Below the pieces are notes generated by a model. That model saw only the letters and a program-made list of their open reading frames with translations. It did no database searches and had not been told where the DNA came from. This document shows, piece by piece, positions 38,201 to 48,646 of a stretch of 64,000 nucleotides of DNA; within the stretch, counting starts at the first letter, position 1; every line of letters starts with the position of its first letter. Source of the DNA: Tubiluchus corallicola (lineage: Eukaryota; Animalia; Priapulida); contig JAQGDQ010000137.1 of assembly GCA_030141605.1 (NCBI GenBank), positions 1 to 64,000 of the forward strand, in the 5' to 3' direction. The translations under genes were made by a program, and so were the position numbers.

Positions 38201-40419
38201 TGTTCAAAAGATGCACTAGTAAGGTAACAGTGCAATTATTATACAAGTACAGTATACGTTTTTGCTTCCTGACTGTCCACTAAATGCTAGCCATTTGGCA
38301 TTTGTATCAAGTGAGATCTGGCTGCAAAGTTTATGCAAGGAATTTGCCTGCAGCCTGTAGTAACCAGACAAGATCAAATTCCCTACACTTAAATGTTAAT
38401 GAAAGAGAAACTGCTAGCTAGGTTAGTAAGATATATATTAGTGGTTTCAAGCAAAAAGAAAGAAATTAATCAGTAGAAACATGAGTAAAACTCATAAAAC
38501 TTTTAATGTATATGATTTAAGCAGCATTGATTTTTGCCTCTGGAACGTATCTCAGCTCTTTTACATTACTTTCTATGGAAGTCTTGGCTTCCTTCAACGA
38601 CGTTTCGCTTTACGTCACATTTTGCTGGAGTGCATTCGCGTTGATAGGTGAGGAATTACTGTAATAGCAAGTTACACTTTGAAAAACACACACAACAAAA
38701 TCCTCTAGCTGCTAGCTGGAAAAAACATGCTCTAAATTTGTTTACGAACATTTATCAAGCTGTAAAAGAAAACTTGAAGTTATTCCTGGTTCAAAGCCAT
38801 GCTCATCTTGACATATTCATATTTCCAGTTTTCAGGCGCCATTTTATAAAAAAAATTACAATCACCTGTTTATTTCATCTGATAATATTAAAATTAAAAT
38901 TTTACATAAATTAGCATAATTAGTTACTCCTTAAAGATTAGAAGAAATTTTTTAGTTTTCAGAGATGGCCTCCAATAACTTTTTAAGCTAAATTATGCCA
39001 CTAAAACAAACAGCAGACATGGTATTCTCTCATTTCATGGGTATTTAGCAAGGGCTACCATACATGTAATGATACAGAAACCTGCCTAAGCATAGTACTG
39101 CATGTTGTAATTATGATGCCCTACCTTCAGCATATGCAGCATTATGCTCTCTCATGTGAGAAGTTGTAAGGGTTTTTTTCTGTAGGGACTTTCCACTGTA
39201 GTGCTTTACGCTGTGCTTATGTTGTGATGTTGACTCCAACCACTTATCAATATTTAATTCTCCTGCTTCCTAAAACCAATAGATTAGATTATATTGATTC
39301 AATCCAAATATACAATTGCACATAAACAATAAAATCTTACAATAAATATGATTAGCTACTGTTTTAGGAAACAAGAAAGCCACCAGGCATAAATGCACTT
39401 ACGGTGGCCCACATTAATTAGTTATTTCTATTAAATTTACAAAAAAGGATTAAGATCAAACATAAGTAGTTTAAATGAAAAAAATTGTTAGCATTAACAA
39501 TCTCCAAATGTAAACTGTTCCATATATTGATCACCCTGCTTGCAAAAGAGTATTCAAAAACATCAATATCACAATACTTTTGTACAACTTGTAACAATAA
39601 TAAATTAGATCAGCACTAAAGTAGTAAAATTCTGATACAAAATAAACTGTTTCTAATAGTTATCAAAATTTTTGCTTCCAGGTAACTTAAAAAAGTTATA
39701 CTAAATGCAAAAAGTAATTCAAATAAATGAACCAACATCAGTCAGACATTAATGCGGCAATAAAATCAACACTATGGAATAATTTTACAAAAATTTCCAG
39801 AAAACTTACAGGCTCACGTGCAAAACATACTCAGCTTCAAAATTAGTTCAGTGAAAAACTCCACATCAATAATACTTATCTCATTTACAAGTGCTTGCTG
39901 ATTAATTTAACAAATGTATACAATCAAAAGTATTTCTAACGTGAATACAAATATTATAGTAAATTAATTGTGCTAATATAAGTAACTTATCCTACTTTTA
40001 TTAGTAGCAGCAATTTCTACTTATCTAGTTATGAAATCATAATAGTTCTATTCTTTGATTTATCCCGATTATAGTGCGCTCACTTGCGCTAGCTAAATGA
40101 GGCATAAAAAATTCATCATCATAATTATAAGTTTGATACAAGGGTACATTTGAGATATGTTTTTAGAAGTCTGCCTACCCAATGTCTATATTCAGGATGA
40201 CTGCAACTAACAATTAAATATCTAATATGAATAAATCAGGTCTAACTTAGTCACTTAGTGGACTATAGCATGAATATAACTTTTGAGTTTGAAGAGTAGC
40301 AGTAACGTAACAAATCTTCATTTCAGATTTTTGAAAATCATTTTAACAATAACCTGTAATTTACTTACTCTAGGGTGAGTGTTATCGTTTTTTCTGCTGT
40401 TCCACTGATAATGAGCCAT
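26272..40419 (-). CDS. CCDC191: Coiled-coil domain-containing protein 191 (KIAA1407), about 18 coding exons
   Basis: Approximate exons: 40419-40369, 39269-39125, 37163-37014, 36510-36338, 35678-35607, 35076-34922, 33573-33402, 33198-33007, 32030-31819, 31667-31482, 30980-30807, 30044-29816, 29605-29521, 28774-28673, 28387-28227, 27820-27688, 27331-27178, 26432-26272. All GT-AG. Diagnostic motifs: HNAAYAEAQDIINSWL, DPRVTMEMRHRRVKENR, CFNAWY, RCFRAWRYW and C-terminal EERKAELRRKVAAMLPDY. Confidence 0.88.
27527..27622. repeat. Degenerate ~38-bp tandem repeat, 3 copies
   Basis: TTTATG..TG.TTTTACAGTTTGTT recurs three times in a CCDC191 intron. Confidence 0.55.
30302..30455. repeat. Interstitial telomere-like (CCCTAA)n tract inside an imperfect inverted repeat (probable MITE)
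   Basis: Degenerate CCCTAA/CCCCAA units at 30340-30412, flanked by GAATTCCACACACAA and TTGTGTGTGGGGAATT. Confidence 0.65.
31375..31442 (-). mobile_element. Degenerate tRNA-derived SINE head
   Basis: Minus strand: TTGGTTAGTAGTTAATGGAGCATGCAACTTTTAAATCGAAAGTCTCAGGTTCAAGT. Confidence 0.35.
35184..35266 (+). mobile_element. Degenerate tRNA-derived SINE head or tRNA pseudogene
   Basis: A-box TAGCTCAAATGGTAAGGC and B-box-like GGGTTTGAATCC. The anticodon arm is broken. Confidence 0.45.
37584..37963. mobile_element. Putative hAT-type MITE
   Basis: Inverted termini AGTAGTGG(G)G / CCCACCACTACT with AATCGATT subterminal repeats. Confidence 0.35.
38048..38661. mobile_element. pogo/Tigger-like (Tc1-mariner) MITE
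   Basis: TA|CAGTAAGTCTTCGCTTAACGAC ... GTTGATAGGTGAGGAATTACTG|TA: TA TSD, imperfect TIRs, AACGAC subterminal repeats. Confidence 0.65.
39280..39592 (-). mobile_element. CR1/L2-clade LINE 3' fragment
   Basis: Minus strand reads KYCDIDVFEYSFASRVINIWNSLHLEIVNAN (the FxxRVxxxWNxL ORF2 C-terminal motif), then a 3'UTR ending AATATAATCTAATCTA. Confidence 0.65.
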
Positions 40420-40792
40420 TAGTTTAAAAAAATACATACAATTTTGATAATAAATGCACTTATTTTGGTAACTTAGTCGGCCATTTGTTTACATACATAA
40501 AATGTTCTCTGATTGGCTATTTTTATACGTTGGACATTATTGGCTAGTTGCTTACGATTGTATCCAATCAGCTGTTCACGGCGTTAACGAGTTGGCCCCG
40601 CCAAACCACTCTTTCTAAACGCTGGTTAAGGTTTGTTAACTATTAGGTTTCTTGGTATTCTTTTCATAAATTTGATCGACATTAAGAAAGTCCAACGTTT
40701 ACAAAAGCAACATTTGTAAAACATTTAACCGTTTTTATTTTTTCGTGTTTTATTTTTGCTGTAATGTTCTTTTGTTGTTGTTTTTGTAGAAA
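40420..40792. promoter_or_regulatory. Bidirectional promoter region shared by CCDC191 (-) and the Cut8-like gene (+)
   Basis: Divergent ATGs are ~374 bp apart. Three CCAAT boxes: CTGATTGG ~40509, ATTGG ~40539, CCAATCAG ~40564. Confidence 0.6.
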
Positions 40793-43700
40793 ATGGGCAC
40801 ACCATTTAGGCGGGTTCCCGGTAGAAATAGTGGACCTTTGAGGGAAATAAACGGACCTGCAGGAAGCAATGATTTTGTGGAAGTAACTGGTAAGCATTGT
40901 AACATAAAGAACATTGGAAATTGTGTGCACTGTTATATACTTTTAACTTTGTTTTGGAAATTAATTTTTACTTTGTTGCCATTTTGTGAGCTAGTTTAAC
41001 TGTTGAAATTATAATAGCGTGCTTAGAGCGGCTCTTTTTAGTCAAAATAAGCTGCTCACATTAATAGATTAACAGACTATATGCAGATCTGCCAACTACT
41101 ACATGTGTACTATAATGTTATATCTTAGCTTTGTTCGTAAGTTTACAGTTCATCAAATCTGAAAAAAACCGCATTTTTCATAATTGTTTGTTGCACTTCC
41201 AACTGATGAAACCTTTTGGCAGAGTACTTTTGATTTCTTGAGAACATTGCTGTTTGCTGAGCATTAGGATCAGTAATTAGTCTTATCCTCAGCAGATTTA
41301 TTATAATTACGCGTTTTCTGTGATGGAATCGTGGTAGACCTATACATGATCATACCTGTGAAGGTTTGTGGTCAAAAATTGCGACTGTTCTTAGATTTAT
41401 GATGTCTCCTCTCGAATTCTTATAGTGTAAGGGTTAAATTACCCAGGATAGGCTTTTAGACAGGAAAAGAAAATCATATTACATTGAGGTCTTACTAAAC
41501 AAATGACAACCTTAGATGAAAAACTTAGATTAAAAGCATTGAGTTATGGCTGATGTAATTTTAGCTATTATTCATTTCAAACCATGTAAAGCACTATACT
41601 ATATTTTATATCATAGTGCATAACTATTATATACATATAGTAAAGTAATTAAAAATTGTATTGAGTGAGTTGAGCTCAACTAGCATTGCAGCATAATGGT
41701 CACACTGTCTGCACAGACTGATGCAATAGTTGGGCTTCATGGGCATTGGTTAGTTAATAAATGTATGCATAGGGATTACAAAACAAAGTAATTGTACAAA
41801 ACTGTTTATTACATCAAACTACTGCTGAAACAACATATTAAAACTTTATCACGGTCTCGATATTTACTGAGGAAGACTTGCGTATCTGGTACAGCCCATG
41901 AATTTGAAGGGTGTGATCGAAGAAGCAACTCGAAAATTTTGGGACTGTCCTTTTTTCTGACAAACTGAATGACCCGGAAATTCGCTGCCTCTATCTCATC
42001 AAACACATTTGAGCTTATCCTGAAAGACAGAGCTGTGGCTAAGGTCATCCAAGAACATGCTGTTGACTGGAAATACAAAAGACAAACTTCTGAGATACCT
42101 GCAAGAAGTACTGGAACATCTTGAGTTTGATAATGATCTGTTTGATCATACCCTCGGGATTGGAGTCTGGAGACTTTCCCTGACTTGCAAACAATTTTCC
42201 ACTGTTTCAGCAATACCTTAGTGCAACAAAATTGTTCTGCACTGTCACTAACTGTCACTACTTTTTATACTCCCTTAATGAAAGGTTATGTCCCACCCTG
42301 TGGTTACAATTGCTGGCGGCTCAGCCATTGTGCGAAGGAAGATGCAAACACTTGAATTCATGACCAACACTCATCTAGAGTCTAGACAAGACTAGGATAC
42401 TTGTATTGGTTATCTTGTAAAGCTGCAGTTCGTATCTGTTTTTGTGGCCATTACTACCAAGCATAGACATTTACGGTAATAAAATCTGCTCTAGAAATAT
42501 TCTTAGAGTTAAGCAAATTTGAAGATGTGCTATTCATGGCTTTCACAAAAGGGAGACGCATCTTTTATATTCCCATTTGCTAGAGCATTTAGCTCTCCCT
42601 ACTGTGCCTGTGTGTCGTCAAAGGACCGTCGCTATAATACAGAGAATTACAAAACAGATGCTGAACTGAAATGAAATATTTGTTTAATATTTTATTATCT
42701 TGGCTAGACATTGCTTAATTTCACTTCAGAGTTTACATAATTCCCTTTACTATTAACAGAAACAAATATACGTGCATAAATGTTCTCTGTGTTTAAGTTC
42801 CAAGCTTATTTTATTCATTATAACTGAAAAATAATTCTCGACACTGTGTAAAAAATAGACATATGGCAAAGTAACTGAGCATAGCACACCAAATTAGACC
42901 GAGGAGACCCTGGTGGTTTCAGAAGGACATGCAGTAGTTGAAATTAAGTGTGATGTGGCTGAAGTGCGTAACTCATTATTTACAAACTGAAAAGGAGAAA
43001 GCTCCTTAGTTCTGACTTCTGAGTAAATAAAGTTAAATTTCTATTTTTGCAGTGCATCGCTTAAAAATCTTTGAATTGACAATATGTGTATGTGTTATGC
43101 TTTTTAAGCTTTTTCTATAAGCGTTGTAGGTAGGTCTATTATTCTGACCTTACAGTTCACAACTCATCAGGCTATCTTCAGTCAGCTAATTTCAGTTGTT
43201 CAAAAAGGTTTTTGATTCTGATTTTAGTATCATTTTACTCCTTTAGTCCCTTGAACTTTGTAATTCCCATAGCCAGCTTGCATCACTTGTGCTCATGCTC
43301 GAATTCGAATCATAGTTTACATTTTTATTTTTTTAGCTGGCACATTACTGAGTAGCGTTATGCATCTAATAACACAATTTTTTCACACAGTTTATACTTT
43401 GCACAAATTTTTTTTGTGGAGTTTGAATAGTTGTTGTGATTTTGTGGAACTTTGGTGAAGATAGTTCACTGTTGAATGTGCTCTTGTTTGAACTCAATGA
43501 CAACTTTTCAAATCAAAAGTTCTGTCTCTAGTCTACACTGGTCTGTACCTTAGGGAACTACACCTGTGTCCTAGAAATGACTGGGAAATTTGCTTAACTG
43601 AAAAAGTATATTCACTCTTCACTACTATATTTACCTCTTCCTGAGGAGTCAGGCTCTGATTTTCTCTAATTTGAAATGCAACTACTACATGTAAACTTTT

Positions 43701-44372
43701 ATACATGTACATTTTTATGTATGTACATTTACTGTACATTTATATATAAAACTATATGTACATGAACTACTGTTACTTGTCAATTTTATGTATGTACTCG
43801 CAACAAGCATGCACTACTGGGCTCTTGTGATATGATGTGAATTTTACTTGAGTAATCGGGTGTGAATTGGCCAAAGCTTTGGAAAGATTTTAACGTATGT
43901 ACAGTATCTTAGCTGAACTTACACAGACATGTTACTGTGTTTAATCCTTCTTCAGTAAGCTAGTAGCAGACAGGAGTCCTTCGCCTGAATGAGTGGAGTT
44001 GGTTCCTGTAACTCGTAGCGTTGGACGTCTCAGCAAGGATTTTGTGTCACATTAACACCTATTCTTCTTCACAATGATTGTAACATGTTTTGCCTGGTTA
44101 GAAGAATTATGTGCTTGTTAAATGCACAGTGGGAGAAAGTGGTTTCTTTGTTGAGATTATTGTCATAAGTTCGCGACATATTTTGAATTATCAGTACTGT
44201 ACGTAGATTACACATGTTTTATGTAAATGGTTGTCTCTCTGCAGCGCAAATAGAGGGCTTGCTGTCTGTTCATATTGTACGAATTGTTATTTTCCAAGTG
44301 AAGATTTAGTGTAATAATAATCTCTTTCCCTCTCTGGTTCTCTCTTGCACACTCCCCCCTCTCTCCCCCACA

Positions 44373-44444
<72 letters not shown>

Positions 44445-45740
44445 CCTCTCTCTATCTCTCTGTATTTCCCTTCTTTCTCGTTTTCTTTCATTCTTTCTTG
44501 TCCTTTCTGTCAATTTTCTCTCCTCCTTTTCTTCTCCTAATTATTATTATACTCTTCTCCATTCACTCTTCCCAGTACCTTGATCCTCTCTTCCTCATTG
44601 TCTCATTTCTGCTTTCTTCTATTTCCTTTTTTCTCTTGTTTTTCTGTTCAGTTTCTTCAAATAGCTAGTCCCAGAAAATGAAATTTTAACTCTGGATAAC
44701 AGAATTGTTACAGCAAAGTCAGGTTAGGTACAGTGTCCATTATACATCTTTAAACCAAATTTTAATCAACTAAACAACTGACTAACTAATTAACCAACCA
44801 ACAAGCCAACTGACTGACTAACAAGGTGAAAGACAGATTTAGTGGATTCCATTGGTTGAACAACAGTAACCCGCTAACTGTCAAACGACTGGCTAGTTAA
44901 TAATCCAGACCAACCAGTGGCAGGCAGTAATTTAGCTAATTCAGCAATTGACTCGCTAATTAAATAAAAGACTAAAATTTCATAACGACTAAGTATCCTG
45001 CTAACCAGTCACCTAACTTTTTCAGTGGATTACTTAGCCAACTTACTTATTCACTGAAAACTACCTTTGCCTAACTAATCAAGTAGTTAATTAAATAACC
45101 GACTAATCATAAATAATAGACTGGTTGGCCATTATCTGACTGGCTAAATGAGTAACTATTTAAATAATTAAGGAAAGTCTGCATTTGGTTGACTAGTTGG
45201 TTCCTGCCTGCCTGGTTAATTAGTTAGACAGGTTATTAGTCATTCATTTGGTAAATCAATTAATTAGCAATTATTCAACAGTCATCAATTATTTTTTATT
45301 CAAGTAACTGAGTAACAATCTACTCATCCAGTTAGCTAATTGGCCAATTATTTGGTTATGCATAATAACTTTGCTAATATTTAGTCACTCAGTTAAGTGG
45401 ATGGTTAGTCAATTGGTTACTCAACTTCTCTTTCTCTCTCAAGTTTAATGAAAAGATTTGATACTAGTGACAATTTAATGTGCCAGCAAATTTTAGTAAG
45501 CGATGCTAAATTTACATGGCACATAAGACAGCCATGGTGGAGACTATTATTGTAATTTTCATGTTTATCTAAGTTTGTGTATGATTTGTTTGTATTGGTT
45601 TTTTGTTTTTATGATGTTGTATGTTGTATATATATATACAAACATCATATATGTATATGTAAATTATAATATGAACTTGTGTTTGAAATAAAGAATTAAA
45701 TCAAATCACAATTTCTCTCTCCCTCCCTCCCTCCCTCCCT

Positions 45741-45807
<67 letters not shown>

Positions 45808-48646
45808 TCCCTCCCTCTTTCTCTCTCTCTCTCTCTCTCTCCCCTCTTTCTTCTCTATTTCTCTCTCTCTCGCTCGCTCTCTTCACTGTCTTTGTAAGTA
45901 ACTATGAAATTGATCTCACTGACATATCATTACTTGAAGGTCTAAATTACTTTTTGATGATTTTTTTGTTGTAGGACGCAGTGCTTATCGTACCCCAGTG
46001 TCACCAGAAGAGCAAGTTATTAAATCTCGTCAAAATGTACCAAGACCATCAGAACCTGGCAGTTTGGAAGATCTAGGTAAAGGCTGTAGTTTAAATTTTA
46101 AATTTGAGTTGTCACCTGGCAAACTGTACTTTTGAACACATCTTTTCACATTTGTTGGCACAGAAAGGTTTTGCAAGTCGTACAGCTACTCATCTAACCT
46201 CTGTAACACAATTGACATTTTTATTGCTAATGTTATTGCTTACTTATAATTATGATGTTTCTAATTTTAGGGAAAGAAGTAGCTCACATGTTACTAGAAA
46301 CTCCACCAAAGACTCCAGCAGAAACTGAGATCAGGAAAAGACTAAACTTGCACTTGGATGATGAATTCAGTCCCCAGGGGTGCAGTAGTCCTGTTCCTAC
46401 AGTATTCAGTCAGGTGGTTTATTTTAATCTACCACTGTAATTGTTTAACTTGTTGAAGACATTTGTCAAGTCTGATCTTTCAACTAGCTTTTTGTAAAAC
46501 ATGCATGCATGAGGAATGTTCTTTTGTACAATGAATTTTTTAGTTTGCATATTTCATTTTTCATGTATTAATTAAAAAAAATTTTGGTTTCAAATCTTCA
46601 CTGGTTCAAACATTAATTTTTTCCTACCTTTTATTTGCAGTGTTCAACACAACCTAAAAGATTTAGACTACAACGCACACAAGAAACGATAGATTTACAG
46701 TTGCAGTTGAAAGGCCTCAGTAACACGCAGCTTGTAGACTTAATAGGCAGCTTAGTCAACCATCATCCTGAGTTGGAAAAGGTATTTTAAACCATTGAAA
46801 TTTCAGATTAAAAAATTTAATGTCTGTGTTAAAAGATTTAAAAGTCAGCTATATTTATTCTGAATTTTAACATTCTCTTTTCACGGTTATATTGAATTGT
46901 TCATTTCTAATATTTTCGTGTTGATAGTATGAATAACCAGAGCTTTGAATTTCAGCGACTGTGTGTTGTTTTTCAGGAAGTTCGTGATTCTCTACCTAGT
47001 CCAGACATAAAATCTTTAGAGGAGAGACTAATAAACTTGAGGCATAATATATTTCGTTCGTTTCCTCGTTCTAAATTTGGCAATTCACGAAGAGATTCTT
47101 ATAGTTACAAGCATGTCTACCATCATCTAGAAGCATTTAAGGTAAGCTTTTCAGTATTCATGTAGAAGCCTTTGATATAAACTTTTCAGTGTTCATGTAG
47201 AAGCCTTTTAGGTAAGCTTGATAGTATTTACCTAGAACCTCTAAGTAAGCTTTTTCAGTACTAATCTAGAAGCCTTTAAGGTAAGCCTGTCAGTATTCAT
47301 TTAGAAGCCTTTAAAGTAAGCTTGTCAGTACTCTTCTAGAAACCTTAGGTAAGCTTGTCAGTACTCATCTAGAAATGTTTAGGTAAGCTTGTGAGTACTC
47401 ATCTACAAACGTTTACGTAAGATTGTCAGTATTCATCTAGAAACATTTAGGTAAGCTTGTCAGTACTTATCTAGAAACCTTAGGTAAGCTTGTCAGTGCT
47501 CACCTAGAAACCTTTAGGTAAGCTTGTGAGTACTCATCTACAAACGTTTACGTAAGATTGTCAGTACTCATCTAGAAATGTTTAGGTAAGCTTGTCAGTC
47601 TTCATCTACCTTTAGGTAAGCTTGTCAGTATTCATCTGGAAACCTTTAGATAAGGTTGTCAGTACTCATCTAGAAATCTTTAGGTAAGCTTGTCAGTACT
47701 CATCTGGAAACCTTTAGGTAAGGTTGCCAGTACTCATCTGGAAACATTTAGGTAAGCTTGTCAGTATTCATCTAGAAACATTTAGGTAAGCTTGTCAGTA
47801 CTCATCTGGAAACCTTTAGGTAAGGTTGTCATTACTCATCTAGAAATCATTAGGTAAGCTTGTCAGTATTTATCTAGAAACATTTAAATAAGCTTCTCAG
47901 TACTCATCTAGAAACCGTTAGGTTGGCTTGTCAGTACTAATTTAGGTAAATAAAAAATGTGCAAGTCAATATTCATTTAAGTAGATTCAGGGTTTGCTTG
48001 TCAGCATTCATTTAGATAGATTTCACAATAGTCAGTCAATGAATCATATAGATATGTACGTAGAGGTTAATAAAGATCAAAGAATTTGTTTCTGACATTC
48101 GTATGGTTTTAAGCTGATACAGTAGAAAAATAAGTCTATGTTAATGGCATTAAAAAACATGGTTTATTACAAACCAAAATTTAACTTTTTTTACCATTTG
48201 TTTTTTTTTTGCAGAAAGAGTGTCTCGATCAAGGTCGGAATCTGGTTACGTCACAGTCATGGGCTGCTGTTTTAGAATATGTATTCATGGCCTGGGGGTA
48301 TGTTGCACAGCTACCCATATGGGAAGACGCACCACACAATAGATCCAAGAGTATATGTTTTAAAGGTCTAGCTGTACAGTGTAGGACGGCATTGCAGAGG
48401 AGTCGTTTTGAGAAGGAACAGTATAGGGACATCCGCGAACAGTATGTATCAGTGATTGGTTTAGGTATTTCGAAAAATTGCTAAGTTATTCAGTTGTGTT
48501 TGATTACCTGACGTTATGGTGTATTGTGTATTTTTGCACTTATTAAATTACTACCTTTTTGCAGGTTAGTGTGGGCAGCAGAAAAAAGTGAGGAAATTGA
48601 GCCATGTGTTAAACTCGTGGACTCCATCTTGGAAAAGCTTCAATAG
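40793..48646 (+). CDS. Cut8/Sts1-family tethering factor for the nuclear proteasome, 7 coding exons, ~318 aa
   Basis: Exons 40793-40889, 45975-46076, 46271-46413, 46641-46781, 46977-47141, 48215-48441, 48565-48646. GT-AG introns, phases consistent, total 957 nt. Motifs LKGLSNTQLVDLIGSLVNHHPELEKEVRDSLPSPD, NIFRSFP, DSYSYKHVYHHLEAFK and WAAVLEYVFMAWGYVAQLPIWEDAPHNRSK match the Cut8 domain pattern. Confidence 0.8.
41880..42150 (+). pseudogene. Highly degraded Tc1/mariner-superfamily transposase fragment
   Basis: With stops and frameshifts it reads ...LSFF.DK.E*PGNS..L.LIKHI*AILKDR..., i.e. the [22 protein letters not shown] motif. It is followed by DKLLRYLQEVLEHLEFDNDLF. Confidence 0.4.
44351..44461. 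repeat. (CT)n microsatellite with a pyrimidine-rich extension to ~44655
   Basis: Long CT dinucleotide run, directly visible. Confidence 0.9.
45430..45708 (+). mobile_element. Possible LINE (L2/CR1-like) 3' end
   Basis: T-rich 3'UTR-like tract ending GAAATAAAGAATTAAATCAAATCA, a short-repeat tail typical of CR1/L2 elements. Confidence 0.3.
45712..45884. repeat. (CCCT)n/(CT)n microsatellite
   Basis: Directly visible; ends ~90 bp upstream of the Cut8-like exon 2 acceptor. Confidence 0.9.
47123..47949 (+). repeat. 34-bp minisatellite (GTAAGCTTGTCAGTACTCATCTAGAAACCTTTAG), about 24 copies, spanning the exon 5/intron 5 junction of the Cut8-like gene
   Basis: GTAAG recurs at 47684, 47718 and 47752 (34-bp period). 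The first copy includes the last 19 exonic nt (TCATCTAGAAGCATTTAAG) and the real donor at 47142. Confidence 0.92.

Noticed and set aside
39810-39897. Possible 88-nt poison cassette exon in CCDC191 intron 1 (cag|...|gtaagt with an in-frame TGA)
   Set aside because: The polypyrimidine tract is weak, exons 1 and 2 join in frame without it, and there is no support beyond the splice dinucleotides.
41809-42258. 149-aa minus-strand ORF as a nested gene
   Set aside because: Non-ATG start, no recognisable domain, and the opposite strand looks like a transposase relic.
44208-45886. RE-dipeptide and LS-dipeptide ORFs
   Set aside because: They are translations of (CT)n/(GA)n microsatellites.
47123-47949. 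CRISPR array or synthetic polylinker contamination (HindIII, ScaI and XbaI sites)
   Set aside because: There are no spacers; the unit derives from the host exon/intron junction and shows natural divergence.
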